Positions 25,489-37,473 of a stretch of 64,000 nucleotides of DNA are shown here, piece by piece. Source of the stretch: Leucoraja ocellata. Its lineage: Eukaryota. Where the stretch lies: assembly GCA_036785375.1 (NCBI GenBank), contig JAWMAR010000076.1, positions 5,828,001 through 5,892,000 of the forward strand, given 5' to 3'. The notes below the pieces were generated by a model. It searched no databases and was not told the origin of the DNA. It was given only the letters and a program-made list of their open reading frames with translations. How positions within the stretch are numbered: the first letter of the stretch is position 1; every line of letters begins with the position of its first letter. The translations under genes were made by a program, and so were the position numbers.

Positions 25489-26872
25489 CTACAACATAAA
25501 ATAAATATTGCTTCAATAACGTCAAAATAAGTTATTATACCTTTTCGCATTCAATTCCCATTCAAAGTAAAGCATCAGAAATTGTTTTTTCGGAGGGTTG
25601 TGAGGTAGAATTAGATGTCTAATTAAATGACCACTAAAGCTTGTTAATGTCTACTATTACCTATGATATCAGAAAGGGTTAAATATACACAGACAGAAGG
25701 AATTAGCACGTGGATCAGATGCCTGGATAGTTTGAGTGAATGGTTACTTTAATGGAATTATGGAGCCCACCTAAGAATTCCAGGCATGTCCCTTGCCAAA
25801 ATCAGAGCAAATCTTGAAAGCTCCTTCTTGAAGACAAATGGCTGTATTCACCGGCAAGTAAAAAATGACATATTTGGTGCCATTTATCCTTGCATTGGTA
25901 GATGCCTAGCAGTTATTCCACAATGACCGTTTTGCCTAACTACATGACTCCCTATTGTTCACATTAGGCCTATATGCTTCTAAACCCTGTTTATTTAAGT
26001 ATCTGTCGAATTGCCATTTAAACGTAGTAATTATATGTGATTCCAGCAATTCATCTGCTAGTGCATTTCAAAAAACCACCATTCTATGTGTAAAACAAAA
26101 CTATCATTCCTATCCCTTTTAAAACTCTCACCTTAAAACTATGTTTTCTTAATTTTGTAATTGCTACCTGAAAAAGATTTTGACTACCCTATCTACCCCT
26201 TTAATAATCTTATTATCAGATCACTCCTCATCCTACTTTGCTCCAGAGAGAACAAGCCCCAGCCTATTCAAACTCTCCCCATAACTAAGATCTTCCAATA
26301 CTATCATAATCCTGGCAAATTTCCTCTGCATTCACTCCAGCACGATCAGATTCTTTCTATTGTGTGGTGATCAGAAGTCGTGAGGGGAAGGGGTGGGAAG
26401 TACAACAGAGGACCCGGCATGGGCGAGCTGCAGTGACGGTGGGGGGAAAAACAATGGGGGACCCGGTGTGGGGGAGACCACCGTGAGGGGGAGGGGGGGG
26501 GGCGAACAAAGGAGGAGCCAAATTTGGAAGATGTCAGTCTGATCGGTTTATAGTTTGTCCCTCTCCCTTTTTAAATAGTAGATTTAAATTTGCCATCCGC
26601 CAAATATGGAAATATACTCTTTTATGTGTTGAACTCATTCTCCATACTGTTAATGCAGAAATTGATCTGCCTAGTTAATATGTAAATTTTAAAAAATAGT
26701 TCCTACTTTGCTCTGTGACTCTCCTGATTGATACCTTTTACCTAATGTATTATCCACAGGCATAAATCATGGACAAAAACTGAAAGCTACTATACCACAA
26801 TTATTTCAGCAACCAAGTTAGAGCAGTGAATCATCTTTAAACCAGTTTTTATATGACAGCAAAGGTACCTAC

Positions 26873-26926
26873 CCTTGAGCCGTCTGATCCTGGCGAACCC
26901 GATGGGCCTTGTCGTCCAATTAATCC
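26873..26926 (-). CDS. COL12A1: COL12A1 exon, COL2 (GLIGRQGPSGSPGSDGSR)
   Basis: 54 bp, taatag| and |gtaggt. Confidence 0.9.
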
Positions 26927-28179
26927 CTATTAACAAACAAATGATTTAGTCAGACATTGCTGTTAAAATATGTCTTATTAAAAAATATGTAATCTTGTGC
27001 ATTTCCCAATGTGCATCTGACCTTTACCATAAGACTGTAGAAACAAGTATTTAAATACTTAATACATTGCTAAGGTCGACATTATAAATAGTTTTTCCAA
27101 ATACTGACACTATCTTTTCTTACAAATTAAACATCTGAGACATGGCACACAAGCATTCTTTTTCATTATTCCACTGACACTTTTCACAGATGCACAGTAG
27201 GACGACGCTTTTCACAGATGCTGCCTGACCTGCTGTATGTTTCCAACATTTTCCATTTGTATTTCAGATCTACAGCATTTGCATTTTTTTAATTATCATC
27301 TAGTCCAAAGGAATTTACTGTTGTTTATAGTAAATTTCAGCAATGGCTGTTCAGCTACCTCTTGACAAACAAGAATGTGGTCATAATGAAATCTGATTAA
27401 AGATGGGATCTTAAATTTCAATAGAACATACATACTGGCAGAAGTACAAAGCAATTTTAAAATCTTCTATGAGAGTAGAATTTTTTTTAATGTAGCAAGA
27501 TAAGCAGAGTCATTTTAGACCAATCTCAAAACATCGTGTAATAAAAGATCCAATTATTATATTACAGAACTGATTCAGAAATTCAAAGGATGTGAGAAAA
27601 AGGTTGGGATAATCATTGCGATAGTGTAATATCAAATTCAACAGGCTTTTTATTATATAGGTATACAATTTTATATAATAATATATAATTTTAGTTCACT
27701 AAAGATTAGTCAACTTTGCAACAAAATTATATGTTGCTCTGTATAAATGAAATAGTACATTAATGTTGCCTAAGAGTGATTTTATAAAATGAGCATTATA
27801 ACAATTATATTATTCAAAAAAAACAATAGAACATTGGTTAAATGCAATATTCTATTAGCCTTTGATCCAAGGTCAGTGCAAGGTAAAATTCCACTATACA
27901 CGGTTATCAAGTATACTCAAGTCTCAGGTGGGACTGAATTCTTGGTAAAACGTTTTAATGAAATGCTTCATCAACTGTTTCTAGGTATAAAAGGGCTACC
28001 CTATCAAATAATCAAAGAAGAGAACTGTTTATAATATTATTATAAATTGTTTATATTATTATTATTATTAATTATTATTAATTATTGTTTATTCCCTACT
28101 GCAAACATTAGTTGACTTTCTAAATGAGATTCCCAATTACATTCATTAGGTGTATTTAAATGAAAGAGATAATACTTAC

Positions 28180-28233
28180 TGGTCGTCCTGCTATTCCGTG
28201 TTCACCTGCATCACCTTTCATTCCAGAACGTCC
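28180..28233 (-). CDS. COL12A1: COL12A1 exon, COL2 (GRSGMKGDAGEHGIAGRP)
   Basis: 54 bp, tttacag| and |gtaagt. Confidence 0.92.
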
Positions 28234-28464
28234 CTGTAAAAGACAAAGTCCACATCATCAGCATGACAAACAAAATTATCCTGAAATGATCTATACGGTT
28301 AACAGTGTTCCCAGCTGTATGACGGATTTGATGGAAGTTGCAAGGTTAATATTAGATCAAAGATAGACACAAAGAGTAACGTAACCAAGGGGAAACGTAA
28401 TTTCGATCCTCTGTGTAACTACTGTTGCGTAATTGAATTGACAATAAAGTTTACTTTGAACTTT

Positions 28465-28725
28465 GAACTCAGCGGAACGGGCAGCATCTCTGGAGAGAAG
28501 GAATGGGTGACATTTCGGGTCGAGACCCTTCTTCAGACTGACGTCAGGGGAGAGAGATATACAAAGATAAGGAAGTGTAAGGTGCAAAATAGGACAAAGG
28601 GAACAGATAACAAAGCAAACAGATAAAATGTAGTCGGAAACAGTAAGACTAGTCAGAGAACTGGGAAGGGGAGGGATGGAGAGAGAGGAAAAGCAAGGGT
28701 TACTTGAAGAGAGGAATTCAGTCAA
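28465..28725 (-). mobile_element. Penelope pLTR fragment with hammerhead-like motif
   Basis: Reverse complement reads CAGTCTGAAGAAGGGTCTCGACCCGAAATGTCACCC. Confidence 0.78.
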
Positions 28726-28729
28726 TATC

Positions 28730-28945
28730 CACGAGGACCAACAAACATCCGTACACTGGTTATATCCTAACCATTCGGGACTATTTACAGAAGCCTACAA
28801 ATCTACATGTCATTGGAATGTGGAAAGAAACCTGAGCACCAGGAGAAAACCCTAGTGATCACATAGAGAACATCTAAACTCCATACAGACAGCACCTGTA
28901 GTCAATGTAAAGTAGAAACTCTACTGCTGCGTTACTATGCCACCC
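28730..28945 (-). mobile_element. Older V-SINE
   Basis: ggaatgtggaaagaaacctgagcaccaggagaaaacc...aaactccatacagacagcacc. Confidence 0.7.
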
Positions 28946-29580
28946 CCTTGATCCATTTTTCACCTTCTGGTCCCTTTATCACCTCCTCTCCTCCTCATTA
29001 TACCAGCTAACTTCCCTCTCCATTCTCAGTCCTGGTGCAGTTTCAACCCAGAATGTCAACAATTCCTTTCCTTCCACAGGTGCTGCTCAACCCGCAGCTC
29101 CTCCAACAGATTGTTTTTTTGCTCTGGAAACCCATATATATTCTTGCTAATAACGGAAGCAATTCTGAATTTAGAAACTTCACCATGATAATCAAGAAAT
29201 CAATGCATCAACGTGTAGAAAATATTAAAATTCTCCTTTCTCCAAACATAATATTTCAACAATTAATAAGGGGATTATGTCTTTGAATGCTTTTATTTGT
29301 TAAATGAAAATTGTTGCTATGCTTGTGTATACACTGATCCCTCTATTTTCCCCTCTATTTGCATCTTGTCTGTTCACTGCCTTACAGGATAACACCCAGT
29401 TATGGTCTCACGGCAATGATGTCCCAGAGTGTTAAAATTGATTCTGTCTCCAGAGCGGAAAGGACGATGATGGTGGAGCAAAGTTAAATTTTAAATGGCT
29501 CGTTAAAAAATTGATTGATTTAATGGTTCCAGTTAACCTGCATGGTAAAATAAAAAATAAAAATAAATAAATAAATAAAA

Positions 29581-29913
29581 AGGGTCTCCTCCTCCATTGC
29601 CAGAGTGAGCAACACCGGAAATTGGAGGAACAGCACCTCATATTCCGTCTGGGTTGCTTGCGTCCGGATGGCATGAACGTTGAATTCTCCCAATTTTGCT
29701 AGCCCTTGCTGTCTCCTCCCCTTCCTTAACCCTCGAGCTGTCTCCTCCCATCCCCCCGCCCTCGGGCTCCTCCTCCTCCCTTTTTCCTTCCTTCTCCCCC
29801 CCCCCCCACTCCCCATCAGTCTAAAGAAGGGTTTTGGCCCGAAACGTCGCCTATTTCCTTCGCTCCATAGATGCTGCTGCACCCGCTGAGTTTCTCCAGC
29901 ATTTTTGTGTACC
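29581..29913 (+). mobile_element. Penelope-like 3' fragment (ORF C-terminus plus pLTR)
   Basis: Encodes HCQSEQHRKLEEQHLIFRLGCLRPDGMNVEFSQFC*, a PLE GIY-YIG C-terminus, followed by pLTR. Confidence 0.85.
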
Positions 29914-31234
29914 TTTGGTCACTTTAGACAAGCCATTTAGTTTCTGTTTAAAACATTATTACTTCACTTCTAAGAATTTAGGAACAGGAATTATCCAATC
30001 AGATCCTTGAGGTTAGTTTGTTGGCATGACTTTCATTTGAGTATTTCAGTGCCAACAGATCTTGTCCCACTTAAGTCTCAATGCCAATGGAGCAGAGCCA
30101 TGGATAAAGTAGCAGATTGTTGAAAGATTACTTGAAGCTCAGGAGTAAAAAAGTCACAGCTAGTCCAAAATCCACCTTGGAAAGTTGTTAAAAGACCCAA
30201 GACAGAAAAACAAACTTTCTTTTGCAGCTGAAGCATATCTGTGAAAACTATCATCGTGAAGCCAGTCTAGGTTTTAAATATTTTTCATAGATATATTAAA
30301 GGAGCATGATTCAAATTATTTGATTAATGGTCCTCTTTGTTTCAACTATAGGAGCATGGCGGTCTGAACACAAAACATACATGGGAGAGGGGGGCAGAGC
30401 TGAAAGGAGAACTTGGAATTTGCTCACAGTAAAAATATTATTGCTGACACCATCCCTTACATATGTTCAAGCAAGATCTTTTTCAGTAATGTTATCTGAA
30501 TATTAGGACAAACTCCATTGTATTTGTACATGGCAACTTCCCAAATTGTTCCCATTTATGCAATGTGAGATCACCTCCCCAAGTAATAGAATGGAAAATT
30601 ATTATGTTTACTATTCCTTCTCATGTGAATCTTCATAATAGCTGTAGCCTAAAACAGCTGATAACTAGAAACATCTTGAAACCAGTTTCTCTTGATAAAT
30701 CCCAAATTACCAAAATCCAAATGACTACAAATGGCTGGAGTTTTAACATTAAAATTAAACACCCAAGGAAAAGACTTGACCAACTGTGTTCAGTAATCAT
30801 TTTTGAGGTTCATATTGTTGAAATTGTTATGCAATATGTAAAGAAAATCAACTATTTTTTTGACAGGTACAATCATTTTTAACAGACGTATTAGATAATG
30901 TTCACAGCTGCAAAATAATTGTTCATAAAAGAGAATTGTGGCTTGATGTAATTGTGATTGACAATCAGCCATTGGAAGTATAGATCTATGAATAAGATCT
31001 TCCTATTCAAAATTATATTTTGTTTAAAAAATGCTGCAGTACTGGGATATTATATATTCTGGGCTGGCCATACTCTGGTTTGCTAAAAGGCTGACCATAT
31101 TGATGTTTGCATTAAATACAGAGAGAGCCAGTAGGTCTTGTGCTGCCTGTTGCTCATGGCAAAACAAATCCTGTGAAAATTTAGACCAAATAAGGTTTTT
31201 TTTAAATGGCATTTCTTTCCCTGCCCACATGATT

Positions 31235-31612
31235 TACGAGGATATTGTCAGGATAAGAGGGTCTGAGCTATCGGGAGAGGTTGACTAGGCTGGGACTCTA
31301 TTCCTTGGAGTGCAGGAGGATGAGGGATGATCTTATAGAAGTGTATAAAATCATGAGAGGAATACGTCGGGTAGGTGCACAGAGTGGGTGAATCGAGGAC
31401 CAGAGGGCATAGATTGAAGGGGAAAATATTTAATGGGGGTTACTTTTTCACACAATGGGTGGTGATTGTATGGAACAAGCTGCCAGAGAAGGTAGTCGAG
31501 GCAGAGATCATCCCAACGTTTAAGAAAGTGAGGCAGGTACATGCATAGGACTGGTTTGGGGGGGGGGGGGGGGGGTATGGACCAAATGCAGGCAGGTAGG
31601 ACTAGTGTAGCT
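31235..31612 (+). mobile_element. CR1 3' fragment with poly-G run
   Basis: ctgagctatcgggagaggttg...gatcttatagaagtgtataaaatcatg. Confidence 0.75.
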
Positions 31613-32106
31613 GTTCTGCTCCCCATTCACATAATTTGGACATATATTGCCATTTCTTCATCATCCCTAATACAAAATCATGGAACCTGCTCCCCAACAT
31701 AATGTAGAGCTATTTCACCACATATACAGCAGTGGCTTAAATGGCAAGATTACAGTATCTTCCTCGAGTCAAATTGTGGAAAGGTAATAAATACCAGTGC
31801 CTTCTTTGATAGTGGTACCTGATAGTGAAACCAAAAATGGATAGGTGTCAAGAGTCTGAATTTTTCTTTATTATGAGCAACACCAATAATTCCAACCTAT
31901 TGGTTCTCTTCTCTTTCATGAAATGCCTTTAGATTATTTACCGAGTAAACTATACTGTTCTGGCATTGGTCCTGCTGTTGATTTCTGAAAGCAAACTAGA
32001 TTATGCGCAATGGCTTTGATTCTATAAAGCAGGTTGATCAGCCTAACACGTTATGAACTGACTATAACCTCATACTCACAGGTAGTAATAAAACAAACAG
32101 ACTTAC

Positions 32107-32202
32107 CGGTTCTCCTGGAATTGAGAGTCCATTAGGACCCTGAGGGCCTGGCAGACCTTGTGGACCTGGGGCGCCTGGCTCACCACGATTTCCTGAAGAA
32201 CC
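32107..32202 (-). CDS. COL12A1: COL12A1 exon, COL2 with GLSIPG imperfection ([32 protein letters not shown])
   Basis: 96 bp, ctgcag| and |gtaagt. Confidence 0.93.
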
Positions 32203-32757
32203 CTGCAGAAAGGTAGTTCAGCATTTTTATTATTTTTGAGTTCTGAATGACAAACATAAATAAATCTATTGTTGTCATTGCATTCATCCGTATCCATTAC
32301 ATAATTGCACAAATTGGTCCAAAGCAAACATGCATATATTTCACCCAGCTATCAATCAGGCATTGAGAAATCCTAGCAGCTCAGTAGGAAAAAACGTCAA
32401 TCAACATCGAACAGAACCAGTCCGACTATGGTCGATTCACGATCTGTGCTGCATGAACTGATTGGCTTGTTGTATTGTCGGAAATTGCAGCAATCAATTC
32501 ATGCTCAGAAAGATCCCACTGCTGCCACTCAGGGCTTTGAATGTTTTTCTGGATTGTTAAACTGATCCCCAAATTGCCAGTCTGTTAAATTTGCCACTAT
32601 TACATTGAGCTGGGTGCCAAAATTGCCAGAGATCATAACCTGTTGATGTTTATAGTCATGGAACCAGAGGATTTTTAACTTAAACTGGAACCAAGCATCA
32701 ATTAATATTTTATAGAAAGATAGAAAGAAAGTTAGAATAAATTAAAATTAAACTTAC

Positions 32758-32811
32758 AGGTGATCCATGTAGTCCTCTGTCTCCTCTGGGACCTTTGCCA
32801 CCAATTTGACC
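32758..32811 (-). CDS. COL12A1: COL12A1 exon, COL2 (GQIGGKGPRGDRGLHGSP)
   Basis: 54-bp Gly-X-Y exon, tttacag| and |gtaagt. Confidence 0.92.
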
Positions 32812-33253
32812 CTGTAAATGAGAGACAACACAGATAAGATAAACAAAATGCTTCTTTTAGTCTATGCACTTGAATTACTTTCTTTCAAGATTTTCCCTAG
32901 CTCTTAAAACTCCCCAGAAAAGCACGGGGTACATATGAGATTATAAGATTTGATATGCCAGGAGACTAGTGCAAGTCTATATGCAGCAGTGGAATTAATA
33001 AATACAAAACATATGTCTAAAATTGCTGGCTCAATATACTCTGTTTGCTTGACATTGGAATTATCATGACTTTACTCCTCTTGAATTTAATGATATACAT
33101 ATTCACAAATGTTCCCTGTAAAATTTTGCTGTTGTTAATTCCGTTGCAAATCCCTCTCTCTCTCTCTCTCTCTCTCTGTTTCCCAGTATTCCCACAGATC
33201 AGAATTATATAAGATACATAAGGAAGACAAGAAATAAACAAATATTTCCTTAC

Positions 33254-33340
33254 AGCAGGTCCGGGAGGTCCTGGAGGCCCTTTGCTGTCTTGAGAACATG
33301 TGCAAGCATGCGGAAGGGCAGGGCATTTTGCTTCATCTCT
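33254..33340 (-). CDS. COL12A1: COL12A1 exon, NC3/COL2 junction ([29 protein letters not shown])
   Basis: ttttcag| acceptor, GCT|gtaagg donor, 87 bp. Confidence 0.94.
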
Positions 33341-33939
33341 CTGAAAAACAAACAAAACAGCAACCATCAAATTATGGAACAAAGTGTCACAAAAAGAACA
33401 ACATTTTTAAAAAACGAATCTATTTCCTAATCAAACCAATGGCTGTTGGCTATGAAATTCTGAAAACAAATTGAACTGCTATATCATTCAAATTAACTAA
33501 AGCAGAGATATTAATGGACCTTGTATGACACTTTTTTCTGGTAGCTTTTAATCAGTATTTTCATTTGCACATGCATTTGTTGGCAACATGAATAATACCT
33601 CCATGCTAAACAAGCAGCGAAGAAATAGAATTGACCTGAAAACAGTCAATAGTGATTTATAAAAAGGTTATGTATGAAGGAACTGCAGTTGCTGGTTTAA
33701 ACCGAAGATCGACACAAAAAGACCCGTCTCGATCCGAAATGTCAACCATTCCTTCGCTCCAGAGATGCTGCCTGTCCCACTGAGTTACTCCAGTTTTTTT
33801 CATTTTTTAAAGGGAGTTGGACACCTGAGGGCCAGTACTTTAGAGGGATACAAGAGTAAAAGAGGGAATGAAACCAAATCATTTGATTTACAAGAAGCAT
33901 ATTCTTCCAGTATATCTGAAAAAATAACACGGAGGCACA

Positions 33940-34926
33940 TGGAAGCAGAAGAAACTGCTGATGATGGAATCTTGAGTAAAAAACAAAGTGCTGGATATTA
34001 GGCAGCAATTGTGAAAGGAATGGACAGACTACACATCAGGTCATTAACCTTTTACAGATAGATTGGACTGGCAAGGAGAAAGCTGGAAAAAGGAGGTGGA
34101 GGTTGGGCAAAGTCTGGATACAGATGTAGGGAGGGTGGTTAGTGATGGGTGGAGTAGGTAATACTGCTGCAAGGTGAAAAGGAGACAAGGGGGTGTTAAT
34201 CAAGGAAAGAAGAGAAAGAGTGAAATGTGAAGCTGGAGAGAGGGATTTACGTTTGGGCTCGCCAATATAAAGGAGGCCAATACTTCCCTTTTTTCCTCAT
34301 TTTTTGCCCGGCTACCCAGGTCCCTCCATCCAACCAGATTCCTCACTCCAGCTTATCAGACTGTCTTTCCTTATTGAACACTCTTTTGTCTCCCTTTCAC
34401 TTCTACCCTTATAGAAACATAGAAACATAGAAATTAGGTGCAGGAGTAGGCCATTCGGCCCTTCGAGCCTGCACCGCCATTCAATATGATCATGGCTGAT
34501 CATCCAACTCAGTATCCCGTACCTGCCTCTCTCCATACCCCCTGATCCCCTTAGCCACAAGGGCCACATCTAACTCCCTCTTAAATATAGCCAATGAACT
34601 GGCCTCAACTACCCTCTGTGGCAGAGAGTTCCAGAGATTCACCACTCTGTGTGAAAAAAGTTTTTCTCATCCTGGTTTTAAAGGATTTCCCCCTTATCCT
34701 TAAGCTGTGACCCCTTGTCCTGGACTTCCCTAACATCGGGAACAATCTTCCTGCATCTAGCCTGTCCAACCCCTTAAGAATTTTGTAAGTTTCTATCACT
34801 TGTTCCACCCATATACCGATAATAATCCCCTACCCCACCTCTATTGCAACTTTCTCCTTCCCATTCCAATCAATCTGAAGAAGGGTTCTGGCCTACTGAA
34901 TACCTCCAGTACATTATTTTTTGCTC
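33940..34926. mobile_element. Fold-back Penelope-derived element, arms about 33960-34250 and 34330-34926, right arm interrupted by CR1
   Basis: aaggtgaaaaggagacaag versus ttgtctccctttcactt and further reverse-complement blocks. Confidence 0.6.
34411..34796 (-). mobile_element. CR1 LINE 3' fragment, young subfamily
   Basis: Reverse complement of about 22455-22835; (CATAGAAA)n tail. Confidence 0.92.
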
Positions 34927-35370
34927 GTGGAAATACATGAGTTAATTTACTCAGATACCCAAATTCAACCAATCATTCAGAGCAGATTTTTGAACCACCC
35001 TTTTTGTGTTTGTGTGTAGTGTCAATTTATAGTTTAAAAAAAGGTCAATATTTTGTGCTAGTAAGATTGCAACACCTCAAGCCGTGTAGCCAACCTTAAC
35101 ACTATTATTCGTGATCAAAACTATGCTCCCTTCTCATACTTCTTGTTATTCAGCTGGATTACTCTTGACAATAATCAAATATTCCCTTTTCTCCAGGTTA
35201 AAACAAACCAAATGGAAGAATTTAAACAAAATAGCATTTTGTTTAATATCACAATAATTACATGCAGTGTAAATGCCTAACAGTTGAATCAGGGAAGAAT
35301 TAAATCAAAGGAAGGAACTCAAGCAATCACAACCTGACAATCTGTCATCTGCTGGGTATTAGATACTTAC

Positions 35371-35448
35371 CATGGAAGGGATGTCGCAGCATTTGTCTCT
35401 TATGGCCCAGCCCAGACTGCAGATGATATCAAAACTTTGGATCTCGAA
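35371..35448 (-). CDS. COL12A1: COL12A1 exon, end of TSPN (FEIQSFDIICSLGWAIRDKCCDIPSM)
   Basis: ttctag| acceptor, ATG|gtaagt donor, 78 bp; FACIT CC motif. Confidence 0.93.
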
Positions 35449-37314
35449 CTAGAATTGAGAGAGAAAAAAATGTTTTATAAGCACATAGCAAGCAGTTGCT
35501 GCAGCTGTATAAACTTTAATTCACATAGCAGTTGTATAAAACTTTGCTTAGTCCAAATTTGAGTACTATGCAGTTTTGGTTGCTGCATTATTGAATGGAT
35601 ATGGATGGTGAAGAAGACATTCACTCGATCATAAGGTCATAAGTAATAGGAGCAGAATTCAGCCCATTCAAGTCTACTCCGCCATTCAATCATGGTTGAT
35701 CAATCTCTCCCTCCTAACCTCATTCTCCTGCCTTCTCCCCATAACTCCTGGCACCTCTGGATTGGATATTATCTATCAGTTAATATTGGACTAACTTTGA
35801 TTGTTTTTTCTGGAGTTTTGAAGCCTGAAGGGTGAATTATATAAAAGTGATAGAAGTATATACAATTTTGAGAACAATTTATAGGGTAAATAGTCAGAGT
35901 CTTCTCAGGGTAAAAATGTCAAATACAAAAGGACATAGCTTTGAAATGAGAGGGGGGAAAGTATAAAGATTTGCTCAACAAGCTTTTTTGAGAGACCGAT
36001 AGGTGCCTGGAACATGTTGCCAAGTGAGGTGGTAGCAAATACAATATCAACGTTGAAGAGGCATTTAGACAAACTGTCAGAGAATAGAGGGATATGGACC
36101 CAGATGGGGTTTGTTAGATTGGCATTATGGTCAGCATGGATGGAAGGGTCTGAAGATGCAATCATGTATTATGTAATCATGTAATCATACATATGTAATC
36201 ATGTATTATCTTTCTGCTGACTGGTTAGCACGCAACAAACTGTACCTCAGCACAAATGACGATAAACACAACTGAACTGAACAATATCCTCCAGAGATGT
36301 TGCCTGACCTGCTGTGTTACTTCAGCACTATTTTTCGAAACTAGCATCTGCAGTTCCTTGTGTCTCCCAATTTGTATATGGTTTGAGCAATGTCAAGGAT
36401 GGTGAATGCAGTAGACTAGATTTGAAAAAGCGTAATTGTTGCTTCACCCAGTTTGTGCTCCTGGCTGCTGGGAAGGGAAAAATGAAATGAATGGATTAGT
36501 ATTGCATCTCTTCTTACTGCGAGGGAAAGTGTCAGTGGAGGGGGCGAGGTGGGTCTGGATGAAAGTGTGGATAAAGTAGTGACAGAAAATAGTCCTTGCA
36601 AGACACAGAAAGGAGATGAATAATTTGTTGAATGTTATGGCTGGTGGTTGGGGGGATACCAGGGGAACAAGATGCATGTTTGTGTGCCCTCAATTCTGGT
36701 TGGAAGTATTTTGTGCCGTGACCACTGGAAGGAAATCACAAACTCTCTAGGCATACAACATCACAATACATTATCACTAACACATGGAGATGCAGTTTAA
36801 ATCTGTTCTATCTCTTTCAGACAGCACGTGATATTAACTTTGCAAATTGAGTAAGTAAAGAGGGAAGGGCAAGGCAAATGAAAAGGTAGTTTGATACAAA
36901 GAGTGGAGGGGTAAGTTGTAGATTTGCTAAAAATAAATATCTTTATTTTTTATGTATGTCTCTATTCTCTGACAGCATCATCTTGGGTTCTTGGTTGATA
37001 TACATAACCCCATGGGCCCTGAATAGGTAGTGTAAGCCACATTGAGAAATTAAACTGATGAATAACATTTGTATGCAGCAGGGAGGAGGAAATGTGCTAT
37101 CTGATATCTATCACTGGCACAGACTGTGCCATTACTAATTCCGTTTCAGATTGAAGCTAAGGAGAAAGGACCTAATTTCAAAAGTTACTTAATGTTCCGC
37201 GATTGCATAAAAATGAATTGCAAACCAACAATCTGGAAGGAATGTTTATAAATGAGCATCGAACACCATAGTGAATGTAATTTGCTTTTTAACAATAAAA
37301 TGTACACCACTTAC

Positions 37315-37473
37315 TGCAGCAGACTTGCCCTTTGGCCCTCGAGATTTAACCAGTTTTCCAAGGCTTTCATATCCATTTGTTGTTATATTGCCAGGTGGGT
37401 TTGCCATCTTCTCTTCAATTTCTTGACAGTCCACGATCAGTTTAACACTGTTTTGATTTACCAAAATATGAAC
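37315..37473 (-). CDS. COL12A1: COL12A1 exon, TSPN (VHILVNQNSVKLIVDCQEIEEKMANPPGNITTNGYESLGKLVKSRGPKGKSAA)
   Basis: tgcacag| acceptor, GCA|gtaagt donor, 159 bp, phase 0. Confidence 0.93.
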
